A DNA stretch of 64,000 nt, taken from Pseudomonadota bacterium. Lineage in GTDB: Bacteria > Pseudomonadota > Alphaproteobacteria > Acetobacterales > Acetobacteraceae. The notes below the pieces were generated by a model. The model did no database searches. It saw nothing but the letters and a program-made list of their open reading frames with translations, and had not been told where the DNA came from. The DNA lies in the NCBI GenBank assembly GCA_021851785.1, contig JAJZBV010000010.1:910-64909 (forward strand). The letters are read 5' to 3'. This document shows positions 1 to 8,180 of the stretch, piece by piece. The position numbers and the translations under genes were made by a program. How positions within the stretch are numbered: position 1 is the stretch's first letter; each line of letters starts with the position of its first letter.

Positions 1-1900
1 CGGTAGGGCCCGAAGCGGGGGGGCGCGAGGCGGCGGGTTCGGCCTCGGCGTGGGTCTGGGCGCGGAGGCGCTCGATGCGGATTTGCTGGCCGGTCAGGCT
101 GGGGTCGATCTGGAACGCAACACGCATCCCGAACCGCGCCTCGATCTCCGAAAGCAGGGTCCGCTTGTTGTTGAGAACATAGAGCACCACCGGCGCCGCG
201 GCATGCACGGCGATTTCCGCGGCGCGGCGTTTTGCCCCTTCTTCCTCGACCGCGCGGAGCACATGGATCGCGGCGCTTTCGGTGCTGCGGACATGACCGA
301 GCCCGCCGCAATGCGGGCAGGTGACGAGGCTGGTTTCGGTGAGCGAGGGGCGGAGCCGCTGGCGGCTCATTTCCAGGAGGCCGAAATGGCTGATGGCGCC
401 GACCTGGATGCGGGCGCGATCCTGGTGCAGCGCCTCCTTCAGCCGCCGCTCCACCTGAAGATTGTGGCGGCGCTGTTCCATGTCGATGAAATCGATGACG
501 ATCAGCCCGGCGAGATCGCGCAGCCGCAATTGCCGCGCCGCCTCCTCGGCGGCTTCGAGATTGGTGCGGAGCGCGGTGTCCTCGATATCGCGCTCGCGCG
601 TCGAGCGGCCGGAATTGACGTCGATCGCGACCAGCGCCTCGGTCTGGTTGATCACCAGATAGCCGCCGGAGCGAAGCTGCACCGTCGGGCTCAACACCGC
701 CTCGAGCTGGGATTCGATCTGGTGATGGGCAAACAGCGGCGTGCCGCCATCGTTCCACGCGATCACCTTGCGCGCGTGGCTCGGCATCAGGAGGCGCATC
801 AATTCATGCGCGTTCCGCCAGCCCGCCTCGCCATCGACGATCACCTCGTCGATGTCGCGCGAATAGACATCGCGGATCGCGCGCTTGATCAGCGAGGCGT
901 CCTCATAGATCAGCGCCGGGGCGATCGAGGCGAGGGTGGTTTCGCGAATGTCGTCCCAGAGCCGCAACAGATATTCGCAATCGCGCTTGATCTCGGGTTT
1001 CGGACGATTGGCCCCGGCGGTGCGGACGATCATGCTCATCCCGTCCGGAATGCCGAGTTCGGCGATCACTTCCTTGAGGCGGCGGCGATCGGCGAGCGAG
1101 GTGATCTTGCGCGAAACCCCGCCGCCGCGCGGCGAATTCGGCATGAGGACGCAAAAGCGGCCGGGGAGCGAGATATAGGTGGTGAGGGCCGCGCCTTTGC
1201 TGCCGCGCTCCTCCTTCACCACCTGGACCAGCATGATCTGGCGGCGGTGGATGACCTCCTGGATTTTGTACTGGCGCAGAAAGCGCGGCAGAAGGCGTGG
1301 CTCGCGCCCCTCGTCGCTGGTTTCGCCTTCGCTCCCGCCGAAAGTCTCGGGCGGCTCGCTCTCGGCCCCGTCGCCCCCCGCTTGGTCGCCCCCCGCTTGG
1401 TCGCTCTCCGCTTGCTCGCGCGCGGAAATCGCGGCGGCCTCGGCCAGGCTTTCGCCGCCGTCGGCCCCGGAAGCGGCCCCGGAATCGGCCCCGGAATCGG
1501 CATCGCCAACCGCAGGGTCGGCGACAAGCGGGGGAAGGTTTTCCGCCGCCGGTTGGTCGGAGAGCGATGGGGTGGCGGGCGGTTCGTCGTCGGCGTCCTC
1601 GTCGTCGCGCGCGGCGGCGGCCTGCATGGCCAGCAGCTTCTGCCGGTCGGCAACCGGGATCTGGTAGTAATCGGGGTGGATTTCGCTGAAAGCGAGGAAA
1701 CCATGGCGATTGCCGCCGTATTCGACGAAAGCCGCCTGGAGGCTGGGCTCGACCCGCACCACCTTGGCGAGATAGATATTGCCCTTGATCTGCTTGCGGG
1801 CGGCGGTCTCGACGTCGAAATCCTCGATGCGATTACCGTCGACCACGACCACGCGGGTTTCTTCCGCGTGGGAGGCATCGATGAGCAGGCGCTTGGTCAT
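1..1900 (-). CDS. rne: Ribonuclease E, N-terminal catalytic part (3' end runs off the window start)
   Basis: Minus-strand ATG at 1898-1900. The reverse complement reads MTKRLLIDASHAEETRVVVV. The S1 motif KGNIYLAKVVRVEPSL was read from the reverse complement of 1741-1800. The track has no closed ORF ending at 1900, so the frame stays open to position 1. An acidic low-complexity insert lies at ~1275-1640. Confidence 0.9.
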   Translation of the reverse strand, partial: MTKRLLIDASHAEETRVVVVDGNRIEDFDVETAARKQIKGNIYLAKVVRVEPSLQAAFVEYGGNRHGFLAFSEIHPDYYQIPVADRQKLLAMQAAAARDDEDADDEPPATPSLSDQPAAENLPPLVADPAVGDADSGADSGAASGADGGESLAEAAAISAREQAESDQAGGDQAGGDGAESEPPETFGGSEGETSDEGREPRLLPRFLRQYKIQEVIHRRQIMLVQVVKEERGSKGAALTTYISLPGRFCVLMPNSPRGGGVSRKITSLADRRRLKEVIAELGIPDGMSMIVRTAGANRPKPEIKRDCEYLLRLWDDIRETTLASIAPALIYEDASLIKRAIRDVYSRDIDEVIVDGEAGWRNAHELMRLLMPSHARKVIAWNDGGTPLFAHHQIESQLEAVLSPTVQLRSGGYLVINQTEALVAIDVNSGRSTRERDIEDTALRTNLEAAEEAARQLRLRDLAGLIVIDFIDMEQRRHNLQVERRLKEALHQDRARIQVGAISHFGLLEMSRQRLRPSLTETSLVTCPHCGGLGHVRSTESAAIHVLRAVEEEGAKRRAAEIAVHAAAPVVLYVLNNKRTLLSEIEARFGMRVAFQIDPSLTGQQIRIERLRAQTHAEAEPAASRPPASGPT

Positions 1901-2331
1901 GGGGGCGAAAACTCCGGAGCGGCGCCGGGAGCGCTGCGCGAGGCAAGCTCCACCGGCGACGGGAAAAGTGGGAAAGAGACGCGCGGCGACCATTCTTGCG
2001 CCGATCAAGCACAGCGCCCGCGACCCCGAGGGGGGCGCGGCCGGTATCGGCGGTTCGAGAAGGGTGAAAAATCACGGTCGGGCGAACGATCTCAAGGTTG
2101 CGTGCGGCACGGCCGGAACATCGGCGGACACCGCGAAACATCAGCGGAAACCGGCGCCATGCGGCGCGCGATCCTCGGCGGGCGCCCGGCAGGTCGGGTA
2201 AAAAACCGCCCCTCCGCTCGCCAGCCAAGTTGAGGGACACCATGACGCAAACCCGGCTCGGCTGCAAGACATCCCGTCAATTCCTGGCGGGAGGCGGGCC
2301 GGGAGAGCGCGGCGGCGGCCGCTTTCCGGCG

Positions 2332-3876
2332 TCAATGGCGCGAAGAGGCGTGCGAGCGGGTGGCGGGGAGCGGGGCCATTCCCGTTGCGCGGGCCTGAAA
2401 GCCGCTCCGCGTCGCGAGCGCGCCGCGCGCGGCCATGGCGCGGGCGAAACCCGGGCGGATGCGGGTCATCATCCGCTCGGCATCGACGTGGATTTCATCG
2501 ACGACCTCGGGATCCTTGGCCGCCATGCGCGCCGCCGCCGGTGTCGCGGTGACCGGCCGCGCCGCGGCCGCCCCGGCCAGCGCCGCGGCACTCGCTTGGG
2601 CACGCTCCGCCAGCGTCGCCGGGTCGGGTGGGGCGGGGTGGTCGGGATCGACGGTGGCAAGCCGGTTGATCGCGCGCAGATACGCGCGATCAACCGGATA
2701 CGGCGGGAGATAGAATTCGCCCGGCCAGAGCGGCGTCCAGGCGAGCGAGCCGAAGGGATAGAGTGTCGGCGTGCCGAGAGCGAAGCCGAAGCCGCTCCCC
2801 ATCCCGACCCCGGCATTCTGCCCGACGAAGGCGACCAGCGCCGGGGCATAGACCGGCGGGGCGTTGAGCGGCGCGTTGGGCAGCGTCGGCGCCCAGGCCC
2901 AGCCGCCATCGACCGGCACCCAGCGCCCGTAATGGAACGGCGCGAAGCCCCAGCTCGTGCTATCGACCCAGGTCCAGCCCCAGGGCGCGACATAGGTCCA
3001 GGTGCCGGCGGTATAGGGGATGTAGCCGCCGCTCTCGGGCGGGAACCAGAGCGGACCGAAGGCGGACGTGTTCCGCCAGGTGCCGACCGCCAGCAGGTTT
3101 TCGCCCCCGGTCATCCGCGCGACCTGCGGCGGCAGCGCGAAGACCGGCGGCGAGGAGGCATATTCCGCCGGATCATGCGCGCCCATCGCCAGGGTGAAAT
3201 CGTCGACCTGCAAATCACCGATGGCGCCGCGATAGGGGCTTGCGGCGCCGACGAAGACCCCGCTCCGCTCGACGCCGAGGCGAAATCGCCGGGGGCCGCT
3301 GACGATCTCCGCCGGCGCGTCGAGCGCGGAAAACCGGGTCGCGTGCTGGACTTCGCCCGCGGCATCGCCGGCCTCGATGACGAAGCGGCCGGTGCGCTCG
3401 GCGCGCAGCGTCGCGCGCGTGGTGAGGACATACCAGGCCTCCCCGGGATCAGGGTCGCGGAGGTCGAGAAACAACGCGCCGGCGTCGAGCCGGCCGATGA
3501 AGCGGCGGTCATCGAGGCGGATGATCGCAAGACGCGAGTTCTCGCCGAGCCAAAGGCGGGACGGGCCGATTTCGAGCTTGACCTCGGCGCCGGGGCCGGT
3601 CATCAGCGAACTCGAGCTGCTCAGCGGATCGTTGCGCCGCGCCGCCCCCCACCCCCCGGCCACCCCCCTTGGCGCATCGCCTTGGCGGAGAGCGACCGCC
3701 CCGCGCAGCGCCGCGACCCGTCCGACCCGCCCCGGCGGCGAGAGTGAGGGGGCCACCGCCGGATCATCGCCCGACCGATCATCGACCGGCTGGGCGCTGG
3801 CGGTCCGGCCAACCGGCCAGCCGATGACAGCCAGGGCCAGGAGAAGCGGCATGAGGCCTCGCCGACGCGCGCGCAT
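2332..3876 (-). CDS. Secreted FecR-domain / DUF6600-like protein (function unknown)
   Basis: Lies within ORF 2332..4068. I chose the start at MRARRRGLMPLLLALAVIGW (signal-peptide-like, ATG at 3874-3876). It has a central FecR-like beta region (GAEVKLEIGPSRLWLGENSRLAI) and a C-terminal W/G/P-rich region (FHYGRWVPVDGGWAWAP). Confidence 0.5.
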   Translation of the reverse strand: MRARRRGLMPLLLALAVIGWPVGRTASAQPVDDRSGDDPAVAPSLSPPGRVGRVAALRGAVALRQGDAPRGVAGGWGAARRNDPLSSSSSLMTGPGAEVKLEIGPSRLWLGENSRLAIIRLDDRRFIGRLDAGALFLDLRDPDPGEAWYVLTTRATLRAERTGRFVIEAGDAAGEVQHATRFSALDAPAEIVSGPRRFRLGVERSGVFVGAASPYRGAIGDLQVDDFTLAMGAHDPAEYASSPPVFALPPQVARMTGGENLLAVGTWRNTSAFGPLWFPPESGGYIPYTAGTWTYVAPWGWTWVDSTSWGFAPFHYGRWVPVDGGWAWAPTLPNAPLNAPPVYAPALVAFVGQNAGVGMGSGFGFALGTPTLYPFGSLAWTPLWPGEFYLPPYPVDRAYLRAINRLATVDPDHPAPPDPATLAERAQASAAALAGAAAARPVTATPAAARMAAKDPEVVDEIHVDAERMMTRIRPGFARAMAARGALATRSGFQARATGMAPLPATRSHASSRH

Positions 3877-4109
3877 ACCGGGGAGATGCGCCGGCTTTCC
3901 GGCGGTGAAAAGAGCGGACCGGCATCCGGGCGGTGAAAAACCGGCGACACGATCACATTCTCTCGATCCGCTTTCCGTTGTTGTCGCGTCGGGAGCGTCG
4001 GAGTTGACGCCGAAATGATCTCCCGCGGCAGTTCCTCCCACAGCCAATCCTTGCCATGTATGATACAAATGTCCTCGCCTCCCGCGAGGCTGAAGGAGAA
4101 CGTCCCGTG

Positions 4110-4628
4110 ATGCGCGCCAGGCGAACCCCGCGCCGATTGCTCGCCGCCCTCGGCATCGCCGTCTTGCTCGGCGGCTGCGGCGGAGACGCCAGCTATTATA
4201 CCGCCGGCTACGGCGATGATTATGGCGGCTATGGCGGCTACGGCGGCTATAGCGGCTATGGCGGCGACCCTTATTACGGCTATGGCGGTTATGGCGGCTA
4301 CGGTGGCTATGGCGGCTACGGTGGCTATGGCGGCTACGGTGGCTACGGGATGGATCCGTACTGGGGCTGGGGGCTCGGCTTTCTCGGCTTCGGCGCCCTC
4401 GCCTATGGCGGTTATGGGGGGTTTTATCGCGACGGCGGCTACTTCAACCATGGCGGTTTCGGTCACGGCTATGGCGGCGGTTTTCATGGCAACTGGGCGC
4501 ATGCGTATGGCGGGCCCGGCGGCCATGTGGGCGGCTTCGCCGGCGCGCATTCCGGCTTTGGCGGCTTCCACGGCGGCGGTTTCGGCGGCTTCCACGGCGG
4601 CGGCGGCGGCTTTGGCGGCCATCATTGA
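4110..4628 (+). CDS. Gly/Tyr/His-rich repetitive lipoprotein, unknown function
   Basis: GAAGGAGA lies ~10 nt upstream of the ATG at 4110. The signal peptide carries a lipobox (AVLLGGC). The mature part is dominated by GYGGY repeats followed by GGFHGG repeats and ends in HH. Three perfect 18-bp units (tatggcggctacggtggc) lie at 4290-4343. Confidence 0.7.
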   Translation: MRARRTPRRLLAALGIAVLLGGCGGDASYYTAGYGDDYGGYGGYGGYSGYGGDPYYGYGGYGGYGGYGGYGGYGGYGGYGMDPYWGWGLGFLGFGALAYGGYGGFYRDGGYFNHGGFGHGYGGGFHGNWAHAYGGPGGHVGGFAGAHSGFGGFHGGGFGGFHGGGGGFGGHH

Positions 4629-4637
4629 ACGCCGTCA

Positions 4638-5039
4638 TTACGCGGCGGTGAGCGGCGCCGTCTCGCCTCGGCAGAGCCCGGCGAGGGCGGCGGCGATGGC
4701 GTCCGGCGCCGGCGGACAGCCGCGCAGCACGAGATTCGGGGCGAAAGCGGAAAGCCCGTCAAGACAGGCATAGCTGCCCGCGAACACCCCGCCATCGATC
4801 GCGCAATCACCGAGCGCGACGAGGTATTTCGGCGCCGCCATCGCCTCCCATGCGGCGCCGAGCGCGTATTCCATGGCGCGGGTCAGCGGGCCGGCGACGA
4901 GCAGGATGCGCGCCTCGGCCGGCGATGACACGAGCCGGAGCCCGGCGCTGGCAAGCGCCACCCGGGCCAGACGCATCTCCAGCGCGCAACCGCCGCAGCC
5001 GCCGGCATCGAGAAAAAACACTCCGCGCGCGCCACTCAT
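4638..5039 (-). CDS. Stand-alone NuoB/HycG-like (Oxidored_q6) putative [4Fe-4S] protein
   Basis: Lies within ORF 4638..5144; start chosen at MSGARGVFFLD (5037-5039). Motifs seen are DAGGCGGCALE, LLVAGPLTRAM, ALGDCAIDGG and LRGCPPAPD. These match the four-Cys pattern of complex I 20-kDa and group-4 hydrogenase small subunits. No partner subunits lie nearby. Confidence 0.55.
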   Translation of the reverse strand: MSGARGVFFLDAGGCGGCALEMRLARVALASAGLRLVSSPAEARILLVAGPLTRAMEYALGAAWEAMAAPKYLVALGDCAIDGGVFAGSYACLDGLSAFAPNLVLRGCPPAPDAIAAALAGLCRGETAPLTAA

Positions 5040-5249
5040 CCGTTCCCCCGCCCGGCTGATTGCCTTCGTTTTGCCAGCCGGCGCCATCTGTTCCGTGGGC
5101 CGATCAGCGGGCATAGTATCGGCGCCATGGAGACCGAATCGCACGTCATCCCGTCATTGTGAAGAAGAAAACGCCGCCAGCCACTGGCGGTTAGACCGCG
5201 CCTGCTTATCAAGCATCGGGTCGAGCCGCGGGGGAAGGAAGATTATGCC

Positions 5250-6236
5250 ATGAATCGGATTGAGCGAAATAAATTTCACTTTCGGCGCTCGGAAATCTGG
5301 CCGAATTTCTTCATCGTCGGCGCTGCCAAGGCCGGCACCACCTCGCTTTATTCGTATCTCCGCCAGCATCCGGAAATTTTCATGCCCGAGGATGTCAAGG
5401 AGCCGCATTATTTTGCCCAGGTCCGCCCCTCCCGCGCCCAGCGCTACGCCTCGCCGGTGTTCATCTCCGACCGCGAAGCCTATCTCCGCTTGTTTCGGGC
5501 CGGGAAAAACCATCGCGCGATCGGCGAGGCGAGCCCCTCCTATCTCTGGTGCGAGGAGTCCCCGGCACGGATCCACGCGGCGGCGCCAGAGGCCCGCATC
5601 ATCATCACGTTGCGCGATCCCATCGAGCGCGCCTATTCCCATTACCTGATGGATTACCGCGAGGGCGCGCAGCATCTGCCGTTTTTCGAGGCGCTGCGGG
5701 AGGATTGGCTGAGCGCCGAGAAAGGCTGGGCGGTCTCCAACCTCTATGTCGAGCTGGGTTTTTACGCCCGCCAGATCGAGCGCTATCTGCGTCTTTTTGG
5801 CGAAGACCGCGTCCACATCCTGTTCCACGACGATCTTCGCCGTCTGGCCCAGGGCGACCGCCAGGTGCTTGCCGATATCCTGCGTTTTCTCGATGTCGAT
5901 GCCGGGGCGCTGGCGCGGATCGACACGACGAGGGTCGAAAACGGCTTCGCCGCGCCGCGCGCGGAATGGGCGCGGCGGATCGCCGGCGCGCATTGGGCGC
6001 GCTGGATCGGCAATACTCTTCTGCCCAAGCGCACCGGCGCCCTCATCTTCAACCGGTTTTTCATCAAGCCGAGCGCGCCGCCGCCCATGGATCCGCGCGC
6101 CCGGGCCTGGCTTGCCATTCTCTTCGAGCCGGAAATCCGGGCGGTAGAAACCCTTCTCGGGCGCCATCTGCCGGAGCTTCGCCGCGCCGGCGGCATGGCC
6201 CCGGCGGCACCGGCGGCCATTGCCGAGGGGCAATAG
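5250..6236 (+). CDS. Sulfotransferase family protein
   Basis: 328-aa ORF. It has a PAPS 5'-phosphosulfate-binding loop (FFIVGAAKAGTTSLYSYL), KEPHYF, and a 3'-PB-like IIITLRDPIERAYSHY. Confidence 0.85.
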   Translation: MNRIERNKFHFRRSEIWPNFFIVGAAKAGTTSLYSYLRQHPEIFMPEDVKEPHYFAQVRPSRAQRYASPVFISDREAYLRLFRAGKNHRAIGEASPSYLWCEESPARIHAAAPEARIIITLRDPIERAYSHYLMDYREGAQHLPFFEALREDWLSAEKGWAVSNLYVELGFYARQIERYLRLFGEDRVHILFHDDLRRLAQGDRQVLADILRFLDVDAGALARIDTTRVENGFAAPRAEWARRIAGAHWARWIGNTLLPKRTGALIFNRFFIKPSAPPPMDPRARAWLAILFEPEIRAVETLLGRHLPELRRAGGMAPAAPAAIAEGQ

Positions 6237-6243
6237 AGCGCCT

Positions 6244-7980
6244 GTGCCGTCGCCGTTGCTGAAGCGGGTTTCCGGCCCGCCGCGCCGCGAACCCGGCGAC
6301 CGAAACGCGCCGCATCGGCGCCATTGGCGCTGGCTCGCGCCCCTTCTTCTGCTCGCCGGCTGCACCGGCGTGAGCCCCGCGCAGCGCGCCGCCGAGCCGC
6401 TCTTCCTCGCCGAGTACGGGGTTGACGCGCATGGCCGCAAGACCTGGTTCGATCGCGTCGCCGAAACCAATCCCGGCCATATCGACATGCGGATCTCGCC
6501 CGCGTTCCGGCTGGCGCCGCCGCGCCGGATCGCGGTGCTGCCGTTCGTTGATCGCGGCAGCGGCAATTACGTTCTGGACAAGGTCGCGCTCACGCTCCGC
6601 GACTCCAAAAGCCTGGCCGATTGGCGCTGGACCGACGCCAACCGTTTGCGGCGGGTGGTCGATGGGTTTTTGAGCGCGCGCGAATTCACCACCGTGCCGG
6701 TCGCCGATGTCGATGCCGTGCTCGCCCGGCACGGCATCGATGACGATGCCAAGCTCGCCCGCGTCTCGCCGCGGGAACTCGCGCGCTGGCTCGGCGTCGA
6801 TGCCGTGGTTTACGGCGAGGTCGAGCATTACGAGGTCTATTACCTGTTCCTGCTCGCGGGCTGGGAGGTCACGCTCAAGATCGCCATGGCCTCGGGCGCC
6901 AGCGGCGAGACCCTGTTCCGTGGCGAGGGGACGGAATACAAGATGGAAGTGCGTCCGGCGGTCGCGGGGCGCGATATCGGGATCAACTCCTTGCTCGATC
7001 TCACCGATCTCCGCGACGTCGATTTGCGCCGCGACGAGGAGGAGGTGAGCCGGGAGCTGATTTTGCGCATCCCGCGCAGCCCTGACACGCTGCAAATCGC
7101 CCTCACCGCGAGCCGCGAATCCCCGGCGCAAAATCCATCCCCGGAGAACGGGCCGCCCCCGTCCCTCTCCGTGCCGCCCACCCCGATTTCCCGCGAGACC
7201 GGCTACAGCAGGGACAACGCGCCGATCGAGACATTTTTTCTGCCCGAGCACGATCTCGCCGAGCATGGGCGCAAAAGCGTCTTCGATCGCCTGCTGGAGA
7301 CCGATCCCGAAAGTTTCGCCCCGCATATCGTCGCCGATTACTGCGCCAAGGCGCCGCGCCGCGTCGCCGTGCTGCCGTTCGCCTATGACGGCAGCGGCAA
7401 TCTCATCCTCAACGGCCTGCCGGTGACACTGCGCGGCGCGGCGGCGCGGGCGCGCTGGCGCTGGACCTATGCCAACCGCGTACGCACAACCTTCACCGGC
7501 TTTCTCGCGCAGCGCGAATTCGCCGTCGTCCCGCTGCCCGAGATCGACGCGGCGCTGGCCAGCCATGGCATCACCACGATCGGCGCGCTGGAGGCGGTCT
7601 CGCCGGCAGAACTCGGCGCCTGGCTCGGCGCCGACACCCTGATCCGCGGCGATGTCACCTCCTATCAGGGGATTTACGCCTTTCTCGTCGCCGGCTGGCG
7701 GGTCGGATTGCGGATGAGCATGCTGCGCGCCACCGACAATGACAACGCGCTGATGGACATCGCCGGCGGGCGCTATGCCGTTGCCGTGCAGCTCGCGCTG
7801 GTGCCGATCGATCTTTATATCGATTCCGGGCTCAGCGCGCTCAAGCTGCGCGATGTTCGCCTCCGCCGCGCCGAGGAGGAGGTCGCGCGCGAATTCGTGC
7901 TCCGCATCCCGCATTGCGCTGCGGCCGCGCCGCCATCGTCGGACCCGCTGGCGCCGACCGCGGCACCCACGGCTAACTGA
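6244..7980 (+). CDS. Lipoprotein with two tandem DUF799/LpoB-like modules
   Basis: ORF 6220..7980. The start is uncertain: TTG 6220 overlaps the sulfotransferase end, and GTG 6244 lies after it. Lipobox LLLLAGC. Two paralogous halves each carry RR[IV]AVLPF..GSGN, WRWT.ANR, FL[SA].REF..VP and V...G[ED]V..Y. Confidence 0.6.
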   Translation: MPSPLLKRVSGPPRREPGDRNAPHRRHWRWLAPLLLLAGCTGVSPAQRAAEPLFLAEYGVDAHGRKTWFDRVAETNPGHIDMRISPAFRLAPPRRIAVLPFVDRGSGNYVLDKVALTLRDSKSLADWRWTDANRLRRVVDGFLSAREFTTVPVADVDAVLARHGIDDDAKLARVSPRELARWLGVDAVVYGEVEHYEVYYLFLLAGWEVTLKIAMASGASGETLFRGEGTEYKMEVRPAVAGRDIGINSLLDLTDLRDVDLRRDEEEVSRELILRIPRSPDTLQIALTASRESPAQNPSPENGPPPSLSVPPTPISRETGYSRDNAPIETFFLPEHDLAEHGRKSVFDRLLETDPESFAPHIVADYCAKAPRRVAVLPFAYDGSGNLILNGLPVTLRGAAARARWRWTYANRVRTTFTGFLAQREFAVVPLPEIDAALASHGITTIGALEAVSPAELGAWLGADTLIRGDVTSYQGIYAFLVAGWRVGLRMSMLRATDNDNALMDIAGGRYAVAVQLALVPIDLYIDSGLSALKLRDVRLRRAEEEVAREFVLRIPHCAAAAPPSSDPLAPTAAPTAN

Positions 7981-8180
7981 TGTCCATCGAAGAAATGGTC
8001 GACGCTTCCAGTGTTTTGTCCGGCTGGTTATCGCATGTGCGTTGGTTTTGCGACCACGCGCTTACGCCAAGGGGGAAATTACACTATACGTATCGAGAGT
8101 TACGGTTACAGTAGCGGTTAACCCGCTGGGCGCTTCAACCATTTCGGGGGCCTCGGGACTCGTCCAAGGCATCAGAGGCG

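Noticed and set aside
50-2233. 727-aa plus-strand ORF covering the start of the window.
   Set aside because: It is the antisense shadow of rne. The minus strand carries unmistakable RNase E motifs, while the plus-frame product is R/G/A/D-rich with no motifs. Long open antisense frames are expected at this GC content.
3621-4625. 334-aa Ala-rich minus-strand ORF, plus the 4216..4773 plus-frame ORF.
   Set aside because: These are alternative frames of the Gly/Tyr repeat tract. GGC/TAT repeats read as Ala/Ile/Val runs in other frames. Only the 4110 frame has an SD sequence, a signal peptide and a lipobox.
6064-7914. 616-aa minus-strand ORF.
   Set aside because: It is antisense to the duplicated lipoprotein gene. 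The internal-duplication signal and the lipobox are on the plus strand.
7980-8114. 44-aa sORF (MSIEEMVDASSVLSGW...) whose ATG overlaps the lipoprotein TGA, and a 47-aa sORF at 8867-9010.
   Set aside because: Both are below any size at which I can judge coding potential by eye, have no clear SD sequence and show no recognisable motif. They are mentioned under the islet finding but not called as features.
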